From an uncultured Gammaproteobacteria bacterium (GTDB lineage Bacteria > Pseudomonadota > Gammaproteobacteria > Steroidobacterales > Steroidobacteraceae): 64,000 nucleotides of DNA. Shown piece by piece: positions 21,375 to 32,987 of this stretch (its first letter is position 1; the number at the start of each line of letters is the position of its first letter). The notes under the pieces are model-generated. The model made no database searches. It saw nothing but the letters and a program-made list of their open reading frames with translations, and was not told where the DNA came from. The DNA lies in assembly GCA_963759725.1 (NCBI GenBank), contig CAVXAE010000003.1, positions 194,406-258,405 on the forward strand. Reading direction: 5' to 3'. Made by a program: the position numbers and the translations under genes.

Positions 21375-23534
21375 TACTTCGCTCCCGCCCTACCCGCCAG
21401 ATCGATGATGAACGCGTACTGCTCGGCCACCTCGTGATACCTCTGGAATCGCCCCGATTTTCCCCCGTGACCGGCTTCCATGTTCACGCGAAACACCAGC
21501 GGATTGTCATCCGTCTTGAGCTTGCGCAGCTTGGCTACCCACTTGGCGGGCTCGTAGTACTGCACCTGGCTGTCCCACAGGCCCGTTCCGACGAATAACG
21601 CCGGGTAGGCTTTAGCTGCCACGTTGTCGTAAGGCGAATATGCAAGCATGTAATCGTAGTAACGTTTCTCTTTGGGGTTGCCCCACTCGTCGAATTCGTT
21701 GGCGGTGAGCGGGATGCTTTCATCCAGCATCGTCGTCACCACGTCCACGAACGGCACCTGCGCGATGATGCCGCGATAGTCCTGCGGCGCGAGATTTGCA
21801 ATCGCGCCCATGAGCAGACCGCCGGCACTCCCGCCCATCGCGAAAGTCCGGTCTCGCGCAGCATACTTCTGCTCGACGAGATAGCGCGTGACGTCGATGA
21901 AGTCGGTGAAGGTGTTGCGCTTCTTGAGCAGCTTGCCGTCCTCGTACCAGTGGCGGCCCATTTCCTGACCACCGCGGATGTGGGCAATGGCATAGACGAA
22001 CCCGCGATCGAGGAGCGAGATCGCCGAATTGGAAAAGCCCGGATCCGTGGACGCGCCATAGGATCCATAGCCGTATTGCAGGAGCGGAGCGCTGCCGTCC
22101 TTCTTGAATCCCTTCCTGTACACGAGCGACACCGGCACCTTGGTCCCGTCCCGTGCCGTCGCCCACAGGTGCTCGGTGACGTAGTTCTGTTGATCGAAAC
22201 CGCCCAGCACCGGGTCTTGCTTCAGCAGCTTCTTCTCGCCATTGCTCGTATGGAAATCGTAAGTGGAGAGCGGCGTCGTCAGCGAGGTGTATACATATCT
22301 AACCACCTTCGAATCGGATTCGGCGTTGTCGCCCAGACTCGCCGAGTAGGCGGGTTCCGGCGAGTCGATCACGAAGGCCTTGCCATGCCTGGGCAGAATG
22401 CGCACGTTGCGCAAACCGTTCGAGTGCTCATCGACCGCGATGAAACCGTTGAACACGTCGAAGCCGTCTACGAAGGCATCGTCCCGGGCCGGCAGGACAT
22501 CGCGCCAGGCATCTCGATTGGCGACATCGAGGTCGCTCGCTTCGACCACGCGAAAGTTCTTGGCCTTCCAGTTGGTGAGGATGATCCACCGGTCTCCCGA
22601 GTGCTCCGCAGAATATTCGTGATCGCGCTCGCGCGGGATGAGCGTCTTGAAACGCAGCGCGGGATCGTCAGCTTTGGCCGCCTGCACCTGCGAGGCCAGC
22701 GTGCTGTGCGAAAAGATCGTGACGTAACGGTCGTCTTTGGTGCTGCCTACTCCCGTGTAGTAGCTAGTGTCCTTTTCCTCGTAGACCACCGGGTCGCTCG
22801 CTGCGTCCGAACCGAGCACGTGCTTCTTCACCGTGTTCCCGAGCAGCGTCACCGGATCTTTGGCGACATAGAGCAGCGTGCGGTTGTCCGCGGCCCAGGC
22901 GAGACCCGACTCGATGTTGGCAATCTGCTCGGCGAGCATCTCGCCATTGTCGAGATTCTTGATGCGTAGCGTGAATTGCCGCCTGCCGACGGTGTCTTCC
23001 GCCCAGGCCAGCAGCTTGTTGTCCGGGCTCACCGCCCAGCCGCCGACTTGAAAAAATCCCTGGCCGTGCGCCAACTCGTTGGCATCGAGCATGACCTGCT
23101 CGGGAGCATCCAATGATTCCCGCTTGCGCGCGTAGATCGGATATTCCTTGCCCGTCTCGTAACGACGGTAGTACCAGAAATCCCGCTTGCGATACGGAAC
23201 AGTCGAATCGTCCTGCTTGATACGGCCCACGATCTCTTTGAAGAGCTCCTGTCTGCAGGGGCTTCGTATGCGCGAGCACGGCATCGGCGTACGCATTCTC
23301 GGCATTGAGATGACCGAGCATTTCCGGATTGGTGCGCGTGTCGTCGCGCAGCCAGTAATAGTCGTCCGAACGCGTACCGTTGGGCGATACGATCTGATGA
23401 GGCCGGGCTGCGACAACGGGTGGTCGCGGCGCTCCGCCGGGAGACTCATCTTGGGAGCTCAGAGCGTTTCGTTGGCATCCCCCTACGAACACGACGCAGA
23501 GAATCAGACTTGCGGACCGCGAAAGCTGGGACAT
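21374..23534 (-). pseudogene. ptrB: oligopeptidase B (S9A prolyl-oligopeptidase family) lipoprotein, single frameshift near 23260
   Basis: N-terminus in ORF 22764-23774 from ATG 23534 (lipobox LILCVVFVGGC; DDYYWLRDD...NAENAY). The rest is in ORF 21374-23449 (GGSAGGLLMG Ser motif, C-terminal His region). Junction reads CTGCAG-A-CAGGAGCTC. Confidence 0.85.
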
Positions 23535-23587
23535 GGATTTACCTCGCGCGATAGCACTTTCGAACGTTTGAGGGGGACACGCAATGC

Positions 23588-25282
23588 TCAACCATAGACG
23601 TAGTCTCGCTTTTGCAGCTGTTGCTGCAACGAAGCCATTTGCGCCTGATAATTCCGCCACCTTCCCACAGACCCGTGGTAAATCGGCTGACGCACCTGCC
23701 AACGGCTCGGCGTCAGCACGGCCCGATCTGCCTTCTCGAAGCTGAGGCACGCCTCGTCCCACTCCAGTCCGCAAAAGGAAATGAGCTCGCGGCTGCGCGT
23801 CTCCTGGTTGGCAACCAGATCCTCGTACCGCAACTCATGCATGCGCAACGGCAATACCCGCCGCCAATGCGCCATCAGCCGCTCGTACTGAAGAAAATAA
23901 TCCCCAAAGCTCTCGAGACCGGTCGTGAAGTCGCGTTTCATCTTGAATAGCTCGATGAAGCACGACAGCCCGACGTCCATCGGGTCCCGCCGGCAATGCA
24001 CGACCCGCGCGCCCGGCAGGAGCGTCGCGATAAGGCCGAGATGCATGAAGTTCACCGGAAGTTTGTCGGTAACGCTCGCGGCTTCCGGCGGTGCGCGCTC
24101 GTCGAGCGCGTCGAGATATTTTCGAGCCAGCTCTTCTCGTGCAACGGCGTCCAGCCCCATGATCGATGCCGGATAACGCGCTCCCATGCCGCGACAGATA
24201 GCCGGGATATCCTGCAATTCCCCCGCGCCGAATATCGCGGGATGACTCGCGAGTATCTGCTCGGTCAGCGTAGTCCCCGAGCGCGGCATACCGACGATGA
24301 ATACAGGGCGATCGCTGGCGATGCCGCCTGAAGCCACGCTCTGAAAGTAGCTCTCAGAAAACGTCTCGATGATCCGACCCACGTGAGCCGCCAGCGCCCC
24401 CGCGTCGAAAGCGTCGCTTTTACTGCGCAGAATCGCCTTGGCTGCCGCAAAATTCCGAAACGCCGCATCGTACTTTCCGGCCCTGTCGTAATGCTTCCCG
24501 AGCCCGTGATGCAGCTTGACGCGATCGTCCTCGCCGACGTCACCCGCCGCCAGCCGCGCCTCAGCATCCTGCACGGTTTGAGCATTCGGCTCGTAGGATC
24601 GCACCGCAATCAGGTTCGCCAGCGCTTTCACACGTCGCGGTTGCAGCTTGCGCGCGACCTGGTAGTGATCGATCGCCCGCGGGAAGTCGCCCTTCTGCTC
24701 CATCAGAACGCCGAGGTTGTGATGAGCCTGGTAGTGGTTGGGGTCCACCTCGATCGCTCGCTCGAACAAGGCTAGCGCCTCATCATAGGCGCGCGCATCC
24801 TTGAGAGCGTTGGCCAGGTTGTAGATCGCGAGCGCCGCGCGCGGCTCGAGCGCAAGCACCCGCCGATATATGGCGATGGCGCCTTCGAGGTCGCCGCCAG
24901 AACGGACCATGTTGGCCAGGTTGTTGAGCGAGTCCACATGGTTGGGATCGACCTGCACGGCCGCCTCGAAGCACGAGCGAGCCGCGTCGGGCCGTTTCAG
25001 GGCAAGCCACACCAGACCCAGGTGATTGTGGGCTGGCACATCGCGCGGGTTCAGGGCGATCGACCGCTCCAGCAACCGCAGCGCCTCTTGTGATTTCCCG
25101 GTTTGCTGCGCGATCAGCCCCAGATAGTGCAAGGCGGTGGGCTGCTGCGGGTACTGCGCGAGCACCTGCTCGTACACGCGGTACGCATGCTCAAGATCAC
25201 CCCGCTTGTGCCGCAGGAACGCCTGCTCGAGCTGCCTCTCGGCTTCGGCAGGCGTCAGGCCGGTTGGCGCATGGATCCCCAT
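23588..25282 (-). CDS. TPR-repeat sulfotransferase-family protein
   Basis: About 6 TPRs, then a PAPS-binding P-loop-like motif (FIVGMPRSGTTLTEQIL) and a C-terminal sulfotransferase region (RYEDLV...). Confidence 0.85.
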   Translation of the reverse strand: MGIHAPTGLTPAEAERQLEQAFLRHKRGDLEHAYRVYEQVLAQYPQQPTALHYLGLIAQQTGKSQEALRLLERSIALNPRDVPAHNHLGLVWLALKRPDAARSCFEAAVQVDPNHVDSLNNLANMVRSGGDLEGAIAIYRRVLALEPRAALAIYNLANALKDARAYDEALALFERAIEVDPNHYQAHHNLGVLMEQKGDFPRAIDHYQVARKLQPRRVKALANLIAVRSYEPNAQTVQDAEARLAAGDVGEDDRVKLHHGLGKHYDRAGKYDAAFRNFAAAKAILRSKSDAFDAGALAAHVGRIIETFSESYFQSVASGGIASDRPVFIVGMPRSGTTLTEQILASHPAIFGAGELQDIPAICRGMGARYPASIMGLDAVAREELARKYLDALDERAPPEAASVTDKLPVNFMHLGLIATLLPGARVVHCRRDPMDVGLSCFIELFKMKRDFTTGLESFGDYFLQYERLMAHWRRVLPLRMHELRYEDLVANQETRSRELISFCGLEWDEACLSFEKADRAVLTPSRWQVRQPIYHGSVGRWRNYQAQMASLQQQLQKRDYVYG

Positions 25283-25358
25283 GACCCCATCGTACCGAAT
25301 CGAGCGCTCTGCTGAGCCGGCTCGATTCAGAGCCGCCGCGTCACGGACATCTTCGACT

Positions 25359-27056
25359 TCAAGGCAAAGCTTCTTTTGAGTACACGACTTCGCCGCCGAT
25401 GATGGTCATGGCGACGTGCGATTTCAGGATCTGGTCATCGGGAACGGTCATGAGATCGGTGGCGAACACGGTGAAGTCCGCCTGCTTGCCGGCCTCGATG
25501 CTGCCTCGATCCTTCTCCTGGAAGGCAGCATACGCGGGCCAGAGGCTCAGCATCTTCAGCGCCTCGGTGCGCGTTACCCGCAGCTCGCGATGCCAGTTCG
25601 CATCCGAGAAGCCTTCCGCGGACTTACGCACTGCGGCGGCATAGAACTCGACGATGGGGTTGCCCTCTTCCACGGGCGCATCGCTACCCGCGGCGACGAT
25701 GCCGCCAGCGTCGATCACGGGGCGCCAGGCATAGCCAAATGCGAGTCGCTCAGGCCCGAGCCGGCTGGGCGCGAAGAACAGATCCGAGATGGCGCCGGAA
25801 GGCTGCATCGAAGCGATCACGCCAAGTTTGGCGAAGCGAGGAATGTCTACCGCCGTCAGGTGCTGCGCGTGCTCGATGCGCCAGCGCGGTTCAGCGACCT
25901 TGCGCTCGACCACCGGAACGGTCGCGAACGCCTTCTCGTAAAGATCGAGCATGATGCGATTGCCGCGATCGCCGATCGCATGCGTCTCGATCTGCACGCC
26001 CTGGCGCAGTGCCGCGGCGAGCACGGGCATGAGTGTCTCGGGCTCGATCACCAGCAATCCCGTGTTGCCAGGCGAGTCACTGTACGGCTCGAGAAGCGCA
26101 GCGCCTCGCGAGCCCAGCGCCCCGTCGATGTAGAGCTTGATGCCGCGCACCGTGAAGCGGTCGCTGCAATGATTCAGCAGAGGGCCGCTCTTCAGCAGGC
26201 GATCCGCGTCCTCTCCCGGGCCGCCGATCGCAGCGTAGAGTCGCAGCTTGATGCGCCCCTGTTGGTAGAGAGCACAGAGCCGGTCGATTTCTCCGAAGCT
26301 GTTGCCGGCGATCTGCAGCTGCGTCCATCCCATGCGCACGCTGCGCGCGGCGCCCACATCGAGTTCCTTGATCAGCTCGGCCTCGGGGGCAGGCGGAATC
26401 AGGTTCGAGACTTGCTCGATCGCGTTGTCGATCAGCATGCCGTTGGGCTCGCCTGCCGCGTCCTTCAGGATCTTGCCGCCGGGCGGGTCCACCGTATTGC
26501 GATCGATACCCGCCGCCTTCAGCGCAAGGCTGTTTACCACCGCGCCGTGACCGTCCACCCGCCACAGCAGGACGGGGCGATCGGGGACGGCCGCGTCGAG
26601 ATCCGCCTTGGACGGAATAGTGGGCGGCGTCCAGCGAGATTCAATCCAGCCGCTTCCGGAAAGCCATTCGCCGGGTTTGCCTTTGGCCGCTTCCGTGCGC
26701 AACCGCTCCTTCAACTCCGCGACGCTTTTCACACCTTCGACATTGAAGCTCGTCTCGCGCTCCCCGATTCCCTCCAGGTGCGCATGGCCGTCCGTCAGGC
26801 CCGGGAATACCGTAAGGCCGGCAAGGTCGAGACGCTTGACGTCTTGCGGGGCGCGCTTTTCGGCTTCCGCCTTCGAGCCCACGAAGGTGATGCGGCCGTT
26901 CACTGCCAGCACCGCCTCGGCGCGAGGGTTCTTCTCGTCCGCGGTGTAGACATTGGCGTTGAGAAGCAGCAGTGAACCCGCGTGCGCCACGACAGCAGTG
27001 CAGATTGCCGCCGCGATCGCGCCGAACTTCGTCAGGGTACGAAAAGTGAACGTCAT
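25359..27056 (-). CDS. secreted amidohydrolase-3 (YtcJ-like) metal-dependent hydrolase, paralog 1
   Basis: Signal peptide, then FPGLTDGHAHL, ETHAIGDRGN, IEHAQH, GSDAPVE metal-ligand motifs. Confidence 0.85.
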   Translation of the reverse strand: MTFTFRTLTKFGAIAAAICTAVVAHAGSLLLLNANVYTADEKNPRAEAVLAVNGRITFVGSKAEAEKRAPQDVKRLDLAGLTVFPGLTDGHAHLEGIGERETSFNVEGVKSVAELKERLRTEAAKGKPGEWLSGSGWIESRWTPPTIPSKADLDAAVPDRPVLLWRVDGHGAVVNSLALKAAGIDRNTVDPPGGKILKDAAGEPNGMLIDNAIEQVSNLIPPAPEAELIKELDVGAARSVRMGWTQLQIAGNSFGEIDRLCALYQQGRIKLRLYAAIGGPGEDADRLLKSGPLLNHCSDRFTVRGIKLYIDGALGSRGAALLEPYSDSPGNTGLLVIEPETLMPVLAAALRQGVQIETHAIGDRGNRIMLDLYEKAFATVPVVERKVAEPRWRIEHAQHLTAVDIPRFAKLGVIASMQPSGAISDLFFAPSRLGPERLAFGYAWRPVIDAGGIVAAGSDAPVEEGNPIVEFYAAAVRKSAEGFSDANWHRELRVTRTEALKMLSLWPAYAAFQEKDRGSIEAGKQADFTVFATDLMTVPDDQILKSHVAMTIIGGEVVYSKEALP

Positions 27057-27234
27057 CTATTGATCCCTCCGCTGCTCGCGGATCCAGACTTCGACCGGGC
27101 CCATGAGCTTGCGCCGTAATTCGTCGCGAAAAAGGATCATTGAGCGCGCGGCGGCGACCTCCGGCTCAAATCGCGCGAAGTCATTCCTGGTTACGCGTGG
27201 AGTATACCCAGCGGCCCGCGAAACCCCGTAGTGC

Positions 27235-28617
27235 TCACAGTTTGGGGGTGATCCGCTCCACCGCCCGCTTCACACGCCCAACGACTTCGTCGATGTCTGC
27301 ACGCGAGATGATCAGCGGCGGCGCGAATCCCAGTATGTCCCCGCCCGGCATTGCCCGCGCGATCACACCTTCTTCTATGCATGCCGCGGCAAGCTGGGCA
27401 CCGACCTTGCGGGCCGCGTCGAAGCGCCGGCGGGCCTGCGGATCTTCGGCGAACTCGATGGCCGCCAGCATGCCATCGCCGCGGACCTCCGCCACGAATG
27501 GCCTGCCGCTGAATTCCTCCTTCAGCCGCTTGACCAGGTAGGGGCCATTCTCCGCCACGTGCTCGATGATCTTCTCCCGCTTGATGATGTCGAGATTTGC
27601 GACCCCGGCGGCCGCGCACAGCGGATGCGCTGAATAGGTGTAGCCGTGCGAGAACGGCCCGTACTTATCCGAGCCGCGCTCGAGCACCTTCCAGACGCGC
27701 TCGCCGATGATCGCGCCGGAGAGCGGCAGATAAGCGCTGGTAAGCCCCTTGGCGGCGGTGATGAGATCGGGTGCGATGTCGTACCGATGGCAGCCGAAGG
27801 GCGTGCCCATGCGGCCGAAGCCGCAGACCACTTCATCTGCGATCAGCAGGATGTCGTGCTGTTTCAGGACAGCCTGGATCTCCTGCCAGTAGCCCTCGGG
27901 CGGCGGAATGAGTCCTCCTGTGCCGAGCATGGGCTCGCCGATGAAGGCAGCGATGGTGTCCGCGCCCTCGCGCTGAATGAGCTCCGCGAGATCCTTCGCG
28001 CAGCGCGCGGAGAACTCGCGCTCCGTCATACCGGGCGGCGCGTTCCAGAAGGCGTGCGGTGTCGTGGTGTGCAGGATGGGGCCGATCGGCAGGTCGAACG
28101 CGCGATGGAAGACATCGAGCCCCGTGAGGCTCCCCGCCATTACTGTGCCTCCGTGGTAACCGCGCCAGCGCGAGATGATCTTTTTCTTTTTCTCCCGCCC
28201 GAGCACGTTGTTGTAATACCAGACGATCTTCACCAGCGTCTCGTTGCAATCGGAGCCGGACTGGCCGTAATAGATGCGCCGCATGCCCTCCGGTGCCATG
28301 GCGAGCACACGCTTGGAGAGCTGGATCGCCGGCTCGTTGGAGTGCCCCGCGTAGGCGTGGTAGTACGCGAGCTCGAGCGCCTGCTTGTGGATCGCGTCCG
28401 CGATCTCCTTGCGGCCGTAGCCGACGTTGACGCAATAGAGCCCGGCGAACGCATCGATGAGCTCGCGGCCCACGCTGTCGCGAATGCGGATTCCCGAGCC
28501 GGCCGTGACGATGCGCGGGCCGCCGGCTTCGCCGCTCGAGTACTGTTTCAGCACCGTGAACGGGTGGATCATCGAAGCGCGGTCGGCGCTCTGCAGTTCT
28601 TCGGTCGTGTCACTCAT
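27235..28617 (-). CDS. class-III (omega) aminotransferase, pyruvate-transaminase-like
   Basis: ATG 28617 gives MSDTTEEL... Motifs: GLYCVNVGYGR, SGSDCNE, LLIADEVVCGFGRMG, AKGLTSAY (PLP Lys). Confidence 0.85.
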   Translation of the reverse strand: MSDTTEELQSADRASMIHPFTVLKQYSSGEAGGPRIVTAGSGIRIRDSVGRELIDAFAGLYCVNVGYGRKEIADAIHKQALELAYYHAYAGHSNEPAIQLSKRVLAMAPEGMRRIYYGQSGSDCNETLVKIVWYYNNVLGREKKKKIISRWRGYHGGTVMAGSLTGLDVFHRAFDLPIGPILHTTTPHAFWNAPPGMTEREFSARCAKDLAELIQREGADTIAAFIGEPMLGTGGLIPPPEGYWQEIQAVLKQHDILLIADEVVCGFGRMGTPFGCHRYDIAPDLITAAKGLTSAYLPLSGAIIGERVWKVLERGSDKYGPFSHGYTYSAHPLCAAAGVANLDIIKREKIIEHVAENGPYLVKRLKEEFSGRPFVAEVRGDGMLAAIEFAEDPQARRRFDAARKVGAQLAAACIEEGVIARAMPGGDILGFAPPLIISRADIDEVVGRVKRAVERITPKL

Positions 28618-28710
28618 GTTCGCACTTTCGCCATGGGAGCCAGCCTGCTCCTTATAATCCGCCTGGCGCCAGTATGCCTGCGGCGGCGCGGATGATTTTG
28701 CGGAAAGGCT

Positions 28711-28984
28711 GTGGGCGGAGGGCCGGAACTCCTGCCACGCCGCGGAGAGACAGATAAACTCGATAGATTCGACTTGCGGATACTGGAGGCATTGCAGGCC
28801 GACGGCAGGCTCCCCACCGCGCGACTCGCCGATACGCTCGGGCTGAGTGCATTCGTACCAGGCCGCCATCGGAAAGGCGCTGCATGCGGAGCTCGGGATC
28901 GAGCGGTACTGGAGCTACGTGGTGACCAAGCCGGTCAAGCCGTTTGCGGGAGTGCCGCTGGGGCAGCTGCTGCCAAACCTGTGA
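28711..28984 (+). pseudogene. Lrp/AsnC-family regulator remnant (HTH part only, frameshifted/truncated)
   Basis: LDRFDLRILEALQADGRLPTARLADTLGLSA matches the AsnC-type HTH. The frame then shifts and the ORF ends about 85 codons in, with no ligand-binding domain. Divergent from the aminotransferase. Confidence 0.45.
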
Positions 28985-29033
28985 TGCCGGCGCCGCCTGA
29001 TGATTGGAATTCGAACCCAGCCGGCGGATGAGA

Positions 29034-30710
29034 TCAGCTGACTGCGGATGCCGTGAAACGCTCCTGGCCATCCACGAAGGTTCGCAGGACTGCCGCTTTC
29101 AGATACTGATCCGCTGAAACGGTCAGCAGATTGCGGTCGAGCACGACGACGTCGGCGAGATACCCCGGCGCGAGTCGACCCAACCGATCGCCTTGAAATC
29201 CGGCCAGCGCCGCGTTGTGCGTATAGGCGATGAGCGCCTCTTCGACGGAAACCCTTTGTTCGGGGTGCCAGCCGTCAGGGTTGGCGCCGTCTATGGTATG
29301 GCGTTGAACCGCAGCGTCGATCCCCGTCATGGGATCGATCGGCGCGACCGGCCAGTCCGAGCCGAAGCAGGTCGTGACTCCAGCATCGAGCAACGACCGA
29401 AAGGCGTACGTGCGCTTCAGCCGCTCCTCGCCGATTCGCTTCACTGCCCAGCGCCCATCGTCGGCGGCGTGGTAGGGCTGCACGGAAGCAAATACCTGCT
29501 GTTGCGCCATTCGTGTCCACGCGCCTTGACTGAGGTGCTGGGCATGCTCGATGCGGAAGCGACGGTCGCGTGGCCCATTGCGTCGTGCGGCATCGGCATA
29601 GATATCCAGCACGACGTCGTTGGCCTCATCCCCGATCGCATGGGTGGCGATCGCAAGGCCGGCAGCATCAGCCGCCGGAATCCATTCCCGCATGTCTTCC
29701 ACGCGGGTGGCCCAAACCCCGCGCTGGTCGGGCGCGTCTACGTATGGCTCATGGAATCGCGCCGTACGCGCACCGAGTGATCCGTCGGACACGCACTTGA
29801 GCGCACCCCAGCGCACCCAGTCATCGCCTCCGCCTTCTGCCTTCACCAGCGCGGCCATGCGTTCCCAATCGGCCAGCGGAACCATCGAGTAGATGCGTAT
29901 GCCGGTCGCGCCCTTGCTGCGCAACCGCCGAGCGACGTCCTGCACAGACCAGTTGACCTCGGTATCGTGGATCTGCGCGACTCCCTTGCTGAGTGCGTTC
30001 TGGATACCCCTGCCGAAAATCTGGTCAGTCAGCGCCTCGGTGAGCGGCGGAATGACATCGAGTACGCGCTGCTTCGCATTGTCCTTCACGACACCCGTCG
30101 GCTCGCCGTGCTCGTCACGCTCGATGATGCCGCCGGACACGTCCGGGGTGTCACGCGTAATGCCCGCCAGGCGCAATGCCGTAGAATTCAAAAACAACGA
30201 ATGAAGATCGGTGCGCGGAATCGCTATGGGCACATCGCGCGACACGGCGTCGATCCATTCCTTTCGCGGTAGCTCACCGCCCCAACGCTGCTCATCCCAT
30301 GGCCCGCCCTGCAGCCACTGACCGGAGGGAACGTCGCGCACGGCGGCACCGATGCGTTCGATGAACTCCGCTTTCGAATGAACATCCAGAAAAACCGGTT
30401 GCCCCAGCAGCGTCGATCCCCACAGGAAATGCGTATGGCAATCGATGAACGCGGGCATCACGAAGGCGCCGCCGCAATCGATCACCCGTGTTTGCCGGCC
30501 GGTCACCGCTTTTACGGCGCCAGCGCCCAGCGCCGCGATACGGTTCCCGGCGATAGCGACGGCGTCGGACTTCGCGCCGCGTTCGCCGGTCCACACCTGG
30601 GCATTGATCAGCGCGGTATCGGCAGTCCTGCGGGCTGCAAAGGCCGGTCCACACAGCGCGGCGGCAACGCCCGAGGCGACCATTGCGCGTCGCGTGATTT
30701 CATGTCCCAT
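29034..30710 (-). CDS. Tat/Sec-exported amidohydrolase-3 (YtcJ-like) hydrolase, paralog 2
   Basis: MGHEITRRAMVASGVAAALCGPAFA signal. FIDCHTHF, THAIGDEAN, IEHAQH, GSDWPV motifs. Confidence 0.85.
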   Translation of the reverse strand: MGHEITRRAMVASGVAAALCGPAFAARRTADTALINAQVWTGERGAKSDAVAIAGNRIAALGAGAVKAVTGRQTRVIDCGGAFVMPAFIDCHTHFLWGSTLLGQPVFLDVHSKAEFIERIGAAVRDVPSGQWLQGGPWDEQRWGGELPRKEWIDAVSRDVPIAIPRTDLHSLFLNSTALRLAGITRDTPDVSGGIIERDEHGEPTGVVKDNAKQRVLDVIPPLTEALTDQIFGRGIQNALSKGVAQIHDTEVNWSVQDVARRLRSKGATGIRIYSMVPLADWERMAALVKAEGGGDDWVRWGALKCVSDGSLGARTARFHEPYVDAPDQRGVWATRVEDMREWIPAADAAGLAIATHAIGDEANDVVLDIYADAARRNGPRDRRFRIEHAQHLSQGAWTRMAQQQVFASVQPYHAADDGRWAVKRIGEERLKRTYAFRSLLDAGVTTCFGSDWPVAPIDPMTGIDAAVQRHTIDGANPDGWHPEQRVSVEEALIAYTHNAALAGFQGDRLGRLAPGYLADVVVLDRNLLTVSADQYLKAAVLRTFVDGQERFTASAVS

Positions 30711-30751
30711 TTCTTACCGCCCTGCATCCGAGATAGCTCCTTCTACCTGCA

Positions 30752-32922
30752 TCAAAACCGCCAGTCCAGCCGCAGGGAGTAGTTACGTGGCGGCCCGTAG
30801 TAGCCGATCGTGTACAGACCGTTGATGTATTTCTTGTCGGTGATGTTGGCAACGTTGGCGCGCAGCGTGACGTTAGGCCGGACATCCCAGGCGGCGAAGG
30901 CGTTGAGCGCGGTATAGCTGCCTTGGCGCACGAGAGCGGCGGTGTAGTCGTCCGGATTGGAGATCTTGCTTTGCCAGCGGCCGGCGACACCGAAGGACAG
31001 CGCCTTGTAGCTCGGGACGCGGGTGCTCAGCGTCAGGTTGGCGGTGCGGCGCGGCACCCAGGTATAAGTGCCGCCGTCTTCCTGTCCAGACATCTTCAGG
31101 CGGGTCAAGCCGAGAACGAGGTCGGTGTTCGGGCTCAACCTCCCGGCGACCTCGAGCTCGAGGCCTTTCGATTCGATGTCGATACCTTCGTAGTAGGCAA
31201 AGGCATCGCTGGGATCATCGAAATTGTAGCCGGCATAGGTGGCCAGCCCTTCCTGCTTGGCGCCGAACCAGGCGAGGGTCGTCAACAGACGCTTGTCCAG
31301 CCAGTCCGCCTTCAGGCCGACCTCATAGTTCACGCCCTTGCTGGGATCGAGATACGAGCGGGCGATGTCGATCTGCTCCTGCGGCTGGAAGATGTACGAA
31401 TAGTTGGCGTAGCCGAGCACCTTGTCGGTGAAATCGAAGGTCACGCCGGCATAGGGGCTGAAGTTGTTCTCGGTCTGGTCGAACGGCAGGCCCGTGGAGT
31501 CGATGCCATTGCGGTTGTACTCGGCCCAGTTGAATCCGATGATGGTCTTGAGCCGCTCGGTCAGCGCCAGCCGGGTCACGCCGAATGCACGCTTCAGGCG
31601 CTGGTTCAACGTGGAGTAGACGATGCGGTCTTCCCACACCGGCTCGGGGATCGCATCCCCGGCAAACGGGAAGCCGGGCAACGCGCCAAAGGCGGGGCCG
31701 CCGTAGTCCGTCGGGTTGTACCAGTCCGTCCCATTGCTCCTGGACATGCTCACTCCCATCATCGCTTCCTGCTCGCGGCCGAACAGGTCGAAACGGCCCT
31801 TGAGCGAGAGGTCGCCAAGGTGGGAACGGTCGTCGTAGGGGCTCTTGTAGGCCCAGCCGTACAGGCCCTCGCCGGTATCCGGATCCAGCCCGGTGGGGGA
31901 ATAGGCGAAGAACAACTGGGAATTGTTGTCGCTGCGGCGGTGGTTGTAGGACGCCTTCAGTTGCCACGCGTCGGTGAGCTGATGGGTGTATTCGACGAAA
32001 CCGACCTGAGTGGTGGTGTTCCAGAACGTCCAGTCCTGCGTGGTCGAGGCGTCGCGGTCCCATTCGAGCTGGCTGCCGTCGCTGGCCGACGAAGGTCAGC
32101 GCTCCCCACATGTTGTTGTTGGTGTTGGCCTTCTGCCAGGAATAGCCGAACGCCAGCGTGCCGTGCTCGCCGACCTGTCCGTCGATCACGCCATACAGAA
32201 TAGGTGCGGTCGGTCTCGAAGTCGCGCAGGTACGAGTCGCCGTCCTCACGCGCGGCGACCACGCGGCCGGCCCAGGTGCCGCCTTCGTTGAACGGCGTCG
32301 AGATAATCCGCCTCGACGCGGCGGTTGCTCTCCGAGCCGACAGCTGAGGCCGATCTGCCCCTGCTCGTCGTTGGTCGGACGCTTGCGCACGTAGTTGATG
32401 GTGCCCGAAGCATTGCCCACGCCGGTGAGCAGGCCGTTCGCACCGCGGATCACTTCCAGCTTGTCGAAGCCGAAGGTGTCCATCGCGTTGGTGACGATGC
32501 CCCAGCCATTGGGCAGGCCGATGCCGTCGATCTGCGTGTTGTGGATCTCGAAGCCGCGCGACGAGATACTGGGTGCGGTTGGTTTCCCCCTCCTCGACCT
32601 GGATGCCGGTGGCCAGGCGCAGCGCATCGTTGAGACTGTCGGCGCCGAACTGTTGCATCTGCTCCTGGGTCACCACGCTGATCGACTGCGGGGTGTCCTT
32701 GATGTCCAGGTCGAGGTTGGTCGCGCCGCTGCTGACGCGATGAGCGCGCTGGGCAACGACCAGCACCTCGCTCACTTCGTTCTTGCCATCGGAAGGGGAA
32801 CTGGCGGCTTCATCCTGCTGCGCTTTCCGTTCCAGCTCGCTGGCGGTCTGTGCGAACGTCGGCGTCGCCAGGAGCGCGATGCAGATCGCGCCTGGGATCA
32901 GCTTGCGTGCGGAGAAATTCAT
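30752..32922 (-). pseudogene. TonB-dependent siderophore-type receptor, at least 2-3 frameshifts
   Basis: ATG 32922 gives [25 protein letters not shown], with plug TPQSISVVTQEQMQQFGADSLNDALR (ORF 31957-3096). Middle part is in 31323-32627 (FDKLEVIRGANGLLTGVGNASGTINYV). Barrel C-terminus is in 30752-31915 (...NYSLRLDWRF). Confidence 0.8.
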
Positions 32923-32987
32923 GTGAGCCCTCTCTGCGGAAATTGTAGTTGCCCGGCGGCGATGTGCCCCAGGGCCGATCGATCGCA

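Noticed and set aside
27064-27234. Coding-looking minus-strand frame between the aminotransferase and amidohydrolase 1 (...DFARFEPEVAAARSMILFRDELRRKLMGPVEVWIREQRRDQ).
   Set aside because: The only ATG leaves 27 codons. There is no RBS and no recognisable family. It could be a C-terminal relic of a lost gene, but the evidence is too thin to call.
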